DNA from: an uncultured Clostridia bacterium
Lineage (GTDB): Bacteria; Bacillota; Clostridia; Christensenellales; UBA3700
Direction of reading: 5' to 3'
Length of the DNA: 64,000 nucleotides
NCBI GenBank assembly: GCA_937880755.1
Contig: CALGRX010000017.1
Span: 254,560 to 318,559 of the forward strand
Under the pieces are notes generated by a model. It was not told where the DNA came from and searched no databases. It saw only the letters and a list, made by a program, of their open reading frames with translations. Positions within the stretch are counted from its first letter, which is position 1. Each line of letters opens with the position of its first letter. Of this stretch, positions 10,017 through 18,336 are shown piece by piece. A program made the position numbers and the translations under genes.

Positions 10017-10864
10017 AACAAAACGTATTGAATACAGATTTGAGAGGTAAGGTGGCTGTGATTACGGGCGCCGGAGGTGTGCTTTGCGGGTATTTTGCTA
10101 AGGTGCTGGCTAGAGCGGGCGCAAAGGTGGCGCTACTCGATAGAAACGAGCAATCGGCAACTAGGTGCGCTATGGAAATCATCGCCGAGGGTGGCAAGGC
10201 GAAAGCCTACGTTTGCAACGTGCTCGATAGAGATATTTGCAACGCCGTAGCCGAGCAAGTAAAAGCCGACTTGGGCGGGTGCGACTTGCTAATCAACGGC
10301 GCCGGCGGAAACAACCCCAAAGCCACTACGGACAAGGAATATCTAGAGCAAGGCGACCTCGATAGCGACGTCAAGACCTTTTTTGACCTTGACGACGAGG
10401 GCGTCGGCGGAGTATTTGACCTCAACTTTTTGGGTACGCTGATACCTACGCAAGCCTTTGCAAGACAAATGGTAGGCAAAAAGGGGTGTTCGATAGTCAA
10501 CCTATCCTCGATGAACGCCTTTACGCCATTGACCAAAATCCCCGCCTATTCGGGTGCAAAAGCCTCGGTGAGCAACTTTACTCAGTGGCTTGCCGTGCAT
10601 TTTAGTAAAGTGGGCATCAGAGTCAACGCCGTTGCACCGGGGTTTTTTTCGACTAAGCAAAACGCCAAGCTCTTGTGGAACGAGGACGGCTCGCCGACTC
10701 AGCGCACGGGCAAAATTCTTGCCGCTACGCCTATGGGAAGATTTGGCGAAAGCGAGGAGCTGGAAGGAGCGTTGCTATTTTTGCTAGACGAGAGGGCATC
10801 GGGTTTTATAACGGGAGTCGTATTGCCTGTGGACGGCGGTTTTTCCGCATATTCGGGGGTGTGA
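10013..10864 (+). CDS. SDR-family oxidoreductase, probable D-mannonate/fructuronate oxidoreductase (YjmF-like)
   Basis: Rossmann motif TGAGGVLCG, SDR catalytic S..YxxxK (SSMNAF..YSGAKAS). Positioned between uxuA and eda. Confidence 0.7.
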   Translation: MKQNVLNTDLRGKVAVITGAGGVLCGYFAKVLARAGAKVALLDRNEQSATRCAMEIIAEGGKAKAYVCNVLDRDICNAVAEQVKADLGGCDLLINGAGGNNPKATTDKEYLEQGDLDSDVKTFFDLDDEGVGGVFDLNFLGTLIPTQAFARQMVGKKGCSIVNLSSMNAFTPLTKIPAYSGAKASVSNFTQWLAVHFSKVGIRVNAVAPGFFSTKQNAKLLWNEDGSPTQRTGKILAATPMGRFGESEELEGALLFLLDERASGFITGVVLPVDGGFSAYSGV

Positions 10865-10865
10865 A

Positions 10866-11423
10866 ATGGATAAGTATATTCCTATAGTCGTGGTAGAAAG
10901 TTTGCAAGAGGTGGACAAGATTTTGGGAGCGTTGACAGAGGCGGGTATCAATACCGCCGAGATTACATTCCGCACTTCGTGTGCCGTGGAAGCGATTGAG
11001 TTTGCAAAAAAGAAATATCCAGATATGTGCGTGGGTGCGGGAACGGTAATCAATGCCAAGCAGTGCGACAGAGCTATTGACGCCGGTGCGGAATTTATCG
11101 TTTCGCCCGGGCTTAGCGTGGAAGTGGCTAGGGTGTGTCAGCGCCGTGGCGTAGCATACTACCCGGGGTGCGTGACGCCGACCGAGATTATGGCGGCGCT
11201 TGACTTGGGCTTGACTACTATCAAGTTTTTCCCGTCTAATATCTACGGCGGTCTCGACGCGCTCAAAGCCTTGGCTGCACCTTTTCCTCAAGTGAAATTT
11301 ATACCTACCGGCGGAGTGGATAGTAGCAATATGCAACGATACCTCGACTACGCCAGAGTGGTCGCCGTGGGCGGAAGCTTCTTGGTCAAAGACGCGCTTC
11401 AAAAAAAGGGGGAAAGGATATGA
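10866..11423 (+). CDS. eda: 2-dehydro-3-deoxyphosphogluconate (KDPG) aldolase
   Basis: EITFRT motif and Schiff-base lysine context TTIKFFP. 185 aa, slightly short for the family. Confidence 0.82.
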   Translation: MDKYIPIVVVESLQEVDKILGALTEAGINTAEITFRTSCAVEAIEFAKKKYPDMCVGAGTVINAKQCDRAIDAGAEFIVSPGLSVEVARVCQRRGVAYYPGCVTPTEIMAALDLGLTTIKFFPSNIYGGLDALKALAAPFPQVKFIPTGGVDSSNMQRYLDYARVVAVGGSFLVKDALQKKGERI

Positions 11424-12442
11424 CTAAAGTCGTTACTTTTGGCGAATTGATGCTTAGACTTGCACCAGAGGGCTATTATAGACTGTTCCAAAACGACCGT
11501 ATGTCGGCGACCTTCGGCGGTGGAGAAGCTAACGTTGCCGTTTCGCTTGCAAACTTTGGGATAGAGAGTTGTTTCGTGAGTAAATTGCCCCTCAACGCCG
11601 TGGGACAGGCAGGGGTAAATTCGCTTAGATACTTTGGCGTGGATACCTCGGCTATCGTGCGAGGCGGCGAGAGGACGGGTATATATTTCGTCGAAAAGGG
11701 CGCGTCGCAGAGGGGTAGCGTATGTATATACGATAGAGCGGGTTCGGCACTTTCGCTTGCCTCTACCTGCGACTTTGATTGGACGAAAATTTTGGACGGT
11801 GCGGATTGGTTTCACTTTACGGGTATTACCCCCGCGCTCGGCGACAACGTGGCTAAGATTTGCGAAGAGGCTTGCAAGACCGCCAAGGATTTGGGCGTCA
11901 AGATTTCTTGCGACCTCAACTACCGCGGTAAGCTGTGGAGCAGAGAAAAGGCGCGCGCCGTGATGAGCGAGCTTTGTAAATACGTCGACGTGTGCATCGC
12001 CAACGAAGAGGACGCCAAAGACGTCTTTGGTATCGAAGCCGACGCAACAGACATCTACGGTGGCAAGCTCAATCACCAAGGCTACAAAACCGTAGCCACG
12101 CAACTTGCCGAGCAGTTCGGCTTTGAAAAAGTAGCCATTACTCTCCGCGGCTCGGTGTCCGCCAGCGACAACGATTGGTCGGCAATGCTCTACGACGGCA
12201 AAGAGTTTTGGTTTTCTAAACCCTACCGTTTGCATATCGTGGATAGAGTAGGTGGTGGGGATTCCTTTGGCGCAGGCTTGATTTATTCTCTCATCTCGGG
12301 CAAAACAAGTAGCGAAGCAATAGAATTTGCCGTTGCCGCCTCAGCCCTCAAGCATTCCATAGAAGGCGACTACAATAGAGTCACCGTAGCGGAAGTGGAG
12401 AGGTTGGTAGGTGGGGATGGGAGTGGGCGTGTGCAACGCTAA
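11420..12442 (+). CDS. kdgK: 2-dehydro-3-deoxygluconokinase (PfkB family)
   Basis: PfkB signature DRVGGGDSFGAGLIY; N-terminal VVTFGELMLRL; context after eda. Confidence 0.9.
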   Translation: MTKVVTFGELMLRLAPEGYYRLFQNDRMSATFGGGEANVAVSLANFGIESCFVSKLPLNAVGQAGVNSLRYFGVDTSAIVRGGERTGIYFVEKGASQRGSVCIYDRAGSALSLASTCDFDWTKILDGADWFHFTGITPALGDNVAKICEEACKTAKDLGVKISCDLNYRGKLWSREKARAVMSELCKYVDVCIANEEDAKDVFGIEADATDIYGGKLNHQGYKTVATQLAEQFGFEKVAITLRGSVSASDNDWSAMLYDGKEFWFSKPYRLHIVDRVGGGDSFGAGLIYSLISGKTSSEAIEFAVAASALKHSIEGDYNRVTVAEVERLVGGDGSGRVQR

Positions 12443-12450
12443 ACGCTGAA

Positions 12451-12563
12451 ATTACTGCGTGATGCTTTGTCGAACCTGCGTTTTTGTTCGGTCACGTACG
12501 ACAAGTACGCTCCCTCACGCCGTCCTCGTTCTTCTCGCCTAACTCGCATCTCCACCGCGAGAG
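12451..12563. repeat. MITE-like repeat, orientation A (5'-truncated copy)
   Basis: Aligns with 14291-14420 (gttcgg..acgtacgacaagtacgctccctcacgccgtcctc..ctcgcatctccaccgcgagag). It is the reverse complement of the B-orientation unit. Confidence 0.7.
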
Positions 12564-12754
12564 TATTGCTACTAAGAAACTTATTGCATATTGAGCCTAA
12601 TGCACCCTCACAAAAGCCTCGTTCTCCTCGCCTGACTTGTAATTTCGGCGTTTAGCGAGTTTATGCTACTTGGTAATTTCAATTACCTTTTTTCCTTGTC
12701 GTGCTCGCATATATGGTGCGAGAGGATTTCTACTTAGTTGCTAATATAGGACAA

Positions 12755-12913
12755 CCCTTCCACCACTTCGTGGTTTTTCTCACGGCGTAGATGCGAGTAA
12801 GACAAGGAGTACGCGGATTTTGTGCAGGGAGCATACTCCTTGTATGTGACCAAACAAAAACGTAAGTTACGACACAGTATTACGACGCATATCCGCCGTG
12901 AGACACCTTTCCC
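12755..12913. repeat. MITE-like repeat, orientation B, copy 1 (about 159 bp)
   Basis: Near-identical to 14556-14714. Terminal inverted repeats tctcacggcgtagatgcg / cgcatatccgccgtgaga; internal 10-bp stem acaaggagta..tactccttgt. Confidence 0.8.
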
Positions 12914-13014
12914 GAACACATTGGACGGCTATTCAAGAGGTTGAGATTCCCAAGTTACGCTACGCTCCACCGGAATGACAAAAACGATCTCTACGTCAAA
13001 ACACAGTCAAAATA

Positions 13015-13054
13015 CAAACAAATGTTTGCAATTTGATAACGTAAGTGCTACAAT
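13015..13054 (+). promoter_or_regulatory. candidate dinB promoter (TTGCAA-17-TACAAT) overlapped by the palindrome caaacaaatgtttg (SOS-box-like)
   Basis: -35 at 13026-13031 and -10 at 13049-13054. ATG 13062 lies 8 nt after the -10 and has no Shine-Dalgarno. The palindrome at 13015-13028 resembles the Cheo box with AAAC/GTTT arms instead of GAAC/GTTC. Confidence 0.4.
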
Positions 13055-13061
13055 ATACGAT

Positions 13062-14291
13062 ATGGATAAGGTGATTTTGCATTGTGATGCCAACAATTTT
13101 TATGCGAGTGTGGCGTGTATGTTGGACAAGAGTCTCGAGGGTAAGTGCGTGGCGGTGGCGGGAGACCCTACCAAGAGGCACGGTATTATTTTGGCTAAAA
13201 ACCAAAGAGCCAAGGAGATGGGAGTCAAGACGGGCGACGTGATTTGGGAAGCGCAAAAGAAGTGCCCCGACCTCGTGTTGGTTGCTCCTCGCTACGATAT
13301 GTACGTCAAGTATTCCGATATTTTGTTTGATATCTACACGCAGTACACCGATAGGGTAGAGCCCTTTGGTATAGACGAGTGTTGGTTGGACGTGACGCAT
13401 TCGCTCAAGCTGTTCGGTAGCGGAGAAAAGATTGCCGACACCTTGAGAGAGAGGATAAAAAAGGAAGTAGGGATAACCATATCCGTGGGGGTGTCCTTCA
13501 ACAAGATTTTTGCCAAGCTCGGCTCGGATATGAAAAAGCCCGACGCTACCACCGTCATCAGTAGAGAAAACTACCGCCAAAAGACGTGGAATTTGCCCGT
13601 GGGCGACATGCTGATGATAGGTCGCAAGACTTGCGCCAAACTTGAGTTGATGGGGGTGAGAACGATAGGCGACCTTGCTAAGACCAACGTAGAGGTGTTG
13701 AAAAGGAAGTTTGGCGTCAACGGCGAAAAAATGTACCAAAACGCTAACGGAATAGGCGACGAAGATGTGAGACTGTATTATCAACCGCATATTCCTAAGA
13801 GCATAAGCAACGGCACCACTATGCCCAAGGACGTGACGGATATGAGCGAGATAAACGCCGTGCTCACCGCATTGAGCGAAATGGTGGCGATAAGAATGCG
13901 TAGGTACGACTTTGAGGCTAGTGGCGTGGGGGTGGCGATACGATACAACGACTTTAGCGGAATTTCGCAACAAGCAAGGCTATTGGTGCCAACCGCCAAC
14001 GCGGGCGTAATTAGGGACAACGCCGTGCAGTTGCTAAACAAAGTTAGACGAACCGATAAGCCCATTAGGGGACTGTACGTCTTTGCGTGGGACCTTAGCA
14101 CCGACAAAGAACGGCAAGCCACCCTTTGGGACGACTGCGAGCAGAGCAAAAAGAAGAGTAGGTTGGATAAAAGTATAGACCGACTGAGGAGCAAGTACGG
14201 CTACAACGTGGTGCAGTCGGCAAGAGTGCTCGAACACCCGTATCTCTGCGGACAGCTGGAAGATAGTGACTTTAGACCGTTTAAGAAATAG
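13062..14291 (+). CDS. dinB: DNA polymerase IV (Y-family)
   Basis: Track ORF 12975..14291 trimmed to ATG 13062. MDKVILHCDANNFYASV is the canonical Y-family start; the extension would run through the promoter and repeat. Confidence 0.9.
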   Translation: MDKVILHCDANNFYASVACMLDKSLEGKCVAVAGDPTKRHGIILAKNQRAKEMGVKTGDVIWEAQKKCPDLVLVAPRYDMYVKYSDILFDIYTQYTDRVEPFGIDECWLDVTHSLKLFGSGEKIADTLRERIKKEVGITISVGVSFNKIFAKLGSDMKKPDATTVISRENYRQKTWNLPVGDMLMIGRKTCAKLELMGVRTIGDLAKTNVEVLKRKFGVNGEKMYQNANGIGDEDVRLYYQPHIPKSISNGTTMPKDVTDMSEINAVLTALSEMVAIRMRRYDFEASGVGVAIRYNDFSGISQQARLLVPTANAGVIRDNAVQLLNKVRRTDKPIRGLYVFAWDLSTDKERQATLWDDCEQSKKKSRLDKSIDRLRSKYGYNVVQSARVLEHPYLCGQLEDSDFRPFKK

Positions 14292-14420
14292 CGCTCTCGC
14301 GGCGGATATACGTCGCAATACTGTGTCGAGTTTGCGGGTGCGTTCGGTTACGTACGACAAGTACGCTCCCTCACGCCGTCCTCACTCTCCTTGTCTTGCT
14401 CGCATCTCCACCGCGAGAGG
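14291..14420. repeat. MITE-like repeat, orientation A, full copy
   Basis: Its reverse complement aligns along the whole B unit (ctctcgcggtggagatgcgagcaagacaaggag .. cagtattgcgacgtatatccgccgcgagag). Confidence 0.75.
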
Positions 14421-14555
14421 ATTACGACAAAGCAAATAATTACGCTCGCTTCGATAAAATCACCGCTTTCCTCGCCTAACTCGCATCTATGGCGTGAGAG
14501 GAGTTTTAATTAGTAGATTTAGTCGCAGCTCAAAGGATAGTATAGGATTTGACAC

Positions 14556-14714
14556 CCCTTCCACCACTATCGCGGTTTTTCTCACGGCGTAGATGCGAGT
14601 AAGACAAGGAGTACGCGGATTTTGTGCAGGGAGCATACTCCTTGTATGTGACCAAACAAAAACGTAAGTTACGACGCAGTATTACGACGCATATCCGCCG
14701 TGAGACACCTTCCC
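14556..14714. repeat. MITE-like repeat, orientation B, copy 2
   Basis: Direct repeat of 12755-12913 with only a few substitutions or indels. Confidence 0.8.
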
Positions 14715-14731
14715 TTGCACAGGGGTGGCTT

Positions 14732-15098
14732 CAAGGGGATGAGATTCCTACGGCTTGCAAGCAAGCCTCTGAATGACAAAAATACTTGGTCTACGCTCCG
14801 CTTTGCTAACGCAAAATGCGTGCACAGCAATGACATATAAAAGGGCAATCCCTCCGCCAACTGCGTTGGCACCTCCCTTTGCACAAAGGAGGCGCAAAAG
14901 GATAGAGATTGCCAAGTTACGCTAAGCTCCACCACAATGACATATAAAAGGGCAATCCCTCCGCCAACTGCGTTGGCACCTCCCTTTACACAAAGGAGGC
15001 TCCAAGGGGATGAGATTCCTACGGCTTGCAAGCAAGCCTCTGAATGACAAAACTACTTGATCTACGATCCACTTTGCTGTCGCAAAATGCACTGGGCG
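14732..15098. repeat. array of short hairpin modules (two 50-bp and two 65-bp direct repeats)
   Basis: 14732-14781 is identical to 15003-15052. 14829-14893 equals 14936-15000 apart from 1 nt. Modules contain the hairpins ggcttgc-aa-gcaagcc, gccaac-tgc-gttggc and cctcccttt-gcac-aaaggagg. Confidence 0.8.
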
Positions 15099-15199
15099 TA
15101 ATGAAAAAATACTTGGTCTATGCAATGACGTTTATAATCTGGCGGTGGAGAGGAGAGCAAAGCAATGACTATTAAATTATTGAAAATATAATAGAAATG

Positions 15200-15231
15200 A
15201 AAAACGCAAGTAGGTATCTGCTTGCGTTTTT
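15200..15231 (-). terminator. terminator after galU (bidirectional shape)
   Basis: Stem aaaaacgcaag / cttgcgttttt; a T run follows on the minus strand. Confidence 0.75.
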
Positions 15232-15250
15232 GTTATGAACGTTGAATTTT

Positions 15251-16126
15251 TTAGAAAGTCGAAACGATTTTTTTGAGGTAGTCTTTGAGTTTGGCGTTGA
15301 TAGTATCGTCGCGCAGACCGTATTCTATCGATGCCTCGATATAGCCTACCTTGTCGCCGACGTCGTAGCGCTTGCCCTCGAAGTCGTAGGCGTATGCGCC
15401 ACTGGTGTTGGCCAAAGTAAGAATGGCGTCTGTGAGATATATCTCGCCGTTGGGGCTTGGCGGAGTGGTCTCGAGGATATCGAAGATATCGGGGGTGAGT
15501 ACGTATCTACCCATACTTGCAAGGGTGGAAGGAAGCTTGTCGATAGGTGGCTTTTCGACGAAGCCTTTGATCTCGGTATATCTGCCTTTGACTAATCCCG
15601 GTTGAACTACGCCGTACTTGATTGCTTCTTCTCTCGGTACGTTCTGACAGCCGACTATCGTCTTGCCCGTCGTTTCGTATGCTTTGATGAGTTGGGATAG
15701 GGCAGGGGAAGACGGATTGTACACCACGTCGTCGCCGTATATTACGCCGAACGGCTCGTTGCCGACGAAGGCTTTGGCAAGTAAAATGGCGTGTCCCGAG
15801 CCCTTCATCTCCTTTTGTCTGATATAGTGGAAATTAGCCATATCGGCAATATCTCTCACCACCTTGATTTCTGCGTTTTTGCCCGCTTTGGCAAGCAAGT
15901 TTTCGAGTTCTACGGCGTAGTCGAAGTGGTCTTCGATACACTTTTTGTTTTTGCCAAGGATAATCAACACGTCGGTTATTCCACTCTTGACGGCTTCTTC
16001 CACCACGTATTGAAGCGTAGGCGTATCTACTATAGGGAACATCTCCTTGGGCAACGACTTGGTCGCAGGCAAAAATCTCGTTCCGAATCCCGCTGCGGGT
16101 ATAACTACTTTAGTAACTTTTTGCAT
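15251..16126 (-). CDS. galU: UTP--glucose-1-phosphate uridylyltransferase
   Basis: AAGFGTRFLPATKSLPKEM motif. Start moved to ATG 16126, which has AGGAG 5 nt upstream; the track start at 16132 is a GTG inside the RBS. Confidence 0.92.
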   Translation of the reverse strand: MQKVTKVVIPAAGFGTRFLPATKSLPKEMFPIVDTPTLQYVVEEAVKSGITDVLIILGKNKKCIEDHFDYAVELENLLAKAGKNAEIKVVRDIADMANFHYIRQKEMKGSGHAILLAKAFVGNEPFGVIYGDDVVYNPSSPALSQLIKAYETTGKTIVGCQNVPREEAIKYGVVQPGLVKGRYTEIKGFVEKPPIDKLPSTLASMGRYVLTPDIFDILETTPPSPNGEIYLTDAILTLANTSGAYAYDFEGKRYDVGDKVGYIEASIEYGLRDDTINAKLKDYLKKIVSTF

Positions 16127-16297
16127 ATACACTCCTATATTATCGGTATCGTGATATTAGCGATAAGGATATTATCGATTGTTTATAATAATAGTATATT
16201 ATATTCTATCAAAAAAATCAATACCCTTGTCAAATTAGGTAAAACCGCTTAGCAACAAAAATAATTGTAAAAAATATGAAAAATGGCAAAAAAACTA

Positions 16298-16325
16298 TTG
16301 ACATTGCATATATTGGTGATATAAT
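16298..16325 (+). promoter_or_regulatory. ctsR operon promoter (TTGACA-16-TGaTATAAT)
   Basis: -35 at 16298-16303; extended -10 tgatataat ending at 16325. Confidence 0.7.
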
Positions 16326-16327
16326 AA

Positions 16328-16351
16328 AGTCAAAGGTCAAAGAAAGTCAAA
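16328..16351 (+). promoter_or_regulatory. CtsR operator (heptad repeats AGTCAAA GGTCAAA gaa AGTCAAA)
   Basis: 16335-16351 (GGTCAAAGAAAGTCAAA) fits the consensus (A/G)GTCAAAnAn(A/G)GTCAAA. A third heptad abuts at 16328-16334. The site lies immediately after the -10. Confidence 0.85.
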
Positions 16352-16385
16352 CTTAAATAAGTAAGCAAGACAAAAGGAGGTAAAT

Positions 16386-16838
16386 ATGGCAAATATATCT
16401 GATACGATTGAAGAGTTTATCTTGTCGGTGATAGGCGACGACGACAGCTTGCAGTTGTCGAGAAACGAGCTCGCCAATTATTTTGCCGTTGCGCCAAGTC
16501 AAATAAACTACGTGCTTGCCACGAGGTTTAATACCGATAAAGGGTATATCATAGAGTCTAAGAGGGGCGGCGGCGGATTTATTACGCTGATAAGAATATG
16601 CAAATCGGACGACGAATTGTCGGCAATCTTGGACGAGATAGAAAAACTCGACGGTCTTACCTATCAAAAAGCAAGCAATATAATCGATAGATTGGTAAGA
16701 GACGAAGTGATAGACGAAAAACAGGCAAATATTATAAAGTGTGCGGTGAGCGATAAGGCGCTCAACGTGCCGATGAACAACAATAGACTGAGAAAAAGCG
16801 TACTCGGTCAAATATTGATAGGACTAATTAGGGGGTAG
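16386..16838 (+). CDS. ctsR: class III stress-gene repressor CtsR
   Basis: N-terminus MANISDTIEEFI.., glycine loop ESKRGGGGFITL, first gene of ctsR-mcsA-mcsB-clpC. Confidence 0.92.
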   Translation: MANISDTIEEFILSVIGDDDSLQLSRNELANYFAVAPSQINYVLATRFNTDKGYIIESKRGGGGFITLIRICKSDDELSAILDEIEKLDGLTYQKASNIIDRLVRDEVIDEKQANIIKCAVSDKALNVPMNNNRLRKSVLGQILIGLIRG

Positions 16839-16842
16839 CGAT

Positions 16843-17322
16843 ATGAAAATGTGTGAAATATGCGGAAAACACCCCGCAACGATATTTATAAAAACAAACG
16901 TCAACGGTGTTAAGACGGAAAAGCAAGTATGCGCAGAATGCGCAAAGATGATGCAAGAGTCGACGGGCTTTGCAGATATATTCGGAGGCATGAGTTTCGG
17001 CAGTTTCTTTGACGCGCCTAAGACTCGCACTATGAGGGTGTGTCATAAGTGCGGAATGACTGAGAGGGACGTGTTGGAACAGTCGCGCTTTGGTTGTAGC
17101 GAGTGCTACGAAACCTTTGGCGATATTGTGGATAGCTTCGTTGCCAACCTCGGCGGTAAGACCTACGGCGGTAGCCCTACCGTAGAGAGAAAGACGGAAA
17201 GCAAGCCTAAGTCGCAACTCGATATTTTGAAAGAAGAGTTGGACAAGGCGGTGGAAGAAAAAGACTTCCTCAAAGCTAACGACATTCAAAACAAAATCAT
17301 CGCATTGAAGGAAGGTAAATAG
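16843..17322 (+). CDS. mcsA: protein arginine kinase activator McsA
   Basis: Paired CxxC zinc motifs (CEICG..CAECA; CHKCG..CSECY) plus a C-terminal UVR-like helix; operon position. Confidence 0.85.
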   Translation: MKMCEICGKHPATIFIKTNVNGVKTEKQVCAECAKMMQESTGFADIFGGMSFGSFFDAPKTRTMRVCHKCGMTERDVLEQSRFGCSECYETFGDIVDSFVANLGGKTYGGSPTVERKTESKPKSQLDILKEELDKAVEEKDFLKANDIQNKIIALKEGK

Positions 17323-17326
17323 ATAT

Positions 17327-18325
17327 ATGGATTATATGAAAGACGTGGTGTTTTCTACAAGAATACGCTTGGCAAGAAATATTAAGAATTTGCCTTTTCC
17401 GCATAGACTAAGCGGACAAGAAGAGATATATAGTGTGTTGATGAAGGGCGTGGAGCAAGCCGTGAGTGGATTGATGAAAGCCGACTTCTACAAGATGAGC
17501 AACATGGACGAGCTCACCAAGCAAACTTTGGTAGAAAAGCACCTAATCAGCCCCGTACTCACCCAAAGTCCATACGGCGCGGTGGTAGTGAGCAAAAACG
17601 AGGACGTAGCCGTGATGATCAACGAGGAAGATCATATCAGAGAACAGTGTATCATTGACGGATACGCGCCCGAACAAGCATACCAGACGATAGCGACGGT
17701 GGACAAAGAAATCGCCAAAGTTTTGGCAGTTGCGCACGACGAAAAGCTTGGATATCTCAATACGTGTCCGACAAATCTAGGTGCGGGTATGAGAGCTTCG
17801 GTGATGTTGTTCTTGCCGGCGCTGGCGACTAGCGGTGCGATAGGAAGCATAATTAGGACGATACAAGACCTTGGATTTACCACCCGTGGCGTGTACGGCG
17901 AGGGTAGCAAAGCGCAAGGATTTATGTACCAAATATCCAATCAGGCGGCTATCGGGCAAAGCGAAAGACAGATATTGGATAGACTTAACACCGTGGTGAT
18001 GAAGATAGTCGACGCTGAAAGACAAGCCAGAAGCAATCTTGCGAAGACGCAAGGCAATATACTAAAAGACAAAATAATGCGTGCTTACGGAACGCTGAAA
18101 TATGCGGTGATGATGAGCAGTGAAGAATTTATGGAATTGCTAGCCTTGGTAAAGTGGGGAGTTTGCGAACACTATATAGACGCGAATATCGACAAACTCA
18201 ACAGCCTTATCACGGTGACGCAACCCGCAATGCTGTGCAAATTGGCAGGTAAAAAATTGGGAGCGGACGAAAGAGACGTGGCGAGAGCCGCTATGGTAAG
18301 AAATCTGCTCAAGGATAGACAATAG
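17327..18325 (+). CDS. mcsB: protein arginine kinase McsB
   Basis: Phosphagen-kinase-like core ([34 protein letters not shown]). Confidence 0.9.
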   Translation: MDYMKDVVFSTRIRLARNIKNLPFPHRLSGQEEIYSVLMKGVEQAVSGLMKADFYKMSNMDELTKQTLVEKHLISPVLTQSPYGAVVVSKNEDVAVMINEEDHIREQCIIDGYAPEQAYQTIATVDKEIAKVLAVAHDEKLGYLNTCPTNLGAGMRASVMLFLPALATSGAIGSIIRTIQDLGFTTRGVYGEGSKAQGFMYQISNQAAIGQSERQILDRLNTVVMKIVDAERQARSNLAKTQGNILKDKIMRAYGTLKYAVMMSSEEFMELLALVKWGVCEHYIDANIDKLNSLITVTQPAMLCKLAGKKLGADERDVARAAMVRNLLKDRQ

Positions 18326-18336
18326 GAGGTGATACT

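Noticed and set aside
12467-12919. ORFs 12467..12655 (+) and 12734..12919 (-), which share the peptide LRFC[SL]VTY[DK][KE]YAP
   Set aside because: They are translations of the two orientations of the MITE-like repeat. The shared peptide reflects repeated DNA, there is no RBS, and the same DNA recurs non-coding at 14.3-14.7 kb.
12975-13061. The longer dinB start at ATG 12975 given by the ORF track
   Set aside because: The 29-aa extension has no counterpart in Y-family polymerases, has no RBS, and would be translated through the predicted promoter and palindrome.
14291-14420. Integron attC site or gene-cassette structure around dinB
   Set aside because: No RYYYAAC/GTTRRRY core sites and no intI are present. 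The repeats occur on both sides in both orientations, which fits MITE-like elements better.
14829-15000. Possible CRISPR array (two 65-nt repeats separated by 42 nt)
   Set aside because: There are only two copies, the repeat is far longer than CRISPR repeats, the flanks are themselves repeats, and there are no cas genes in the window.
14669-15125. ORFs 14669..15031 and 14922..15125 (-) in the hairpin-module field
   Set aside because: Their internal peptide repeats mirror the 50- and 65-bp DNA repeats, and there are no translation signals.
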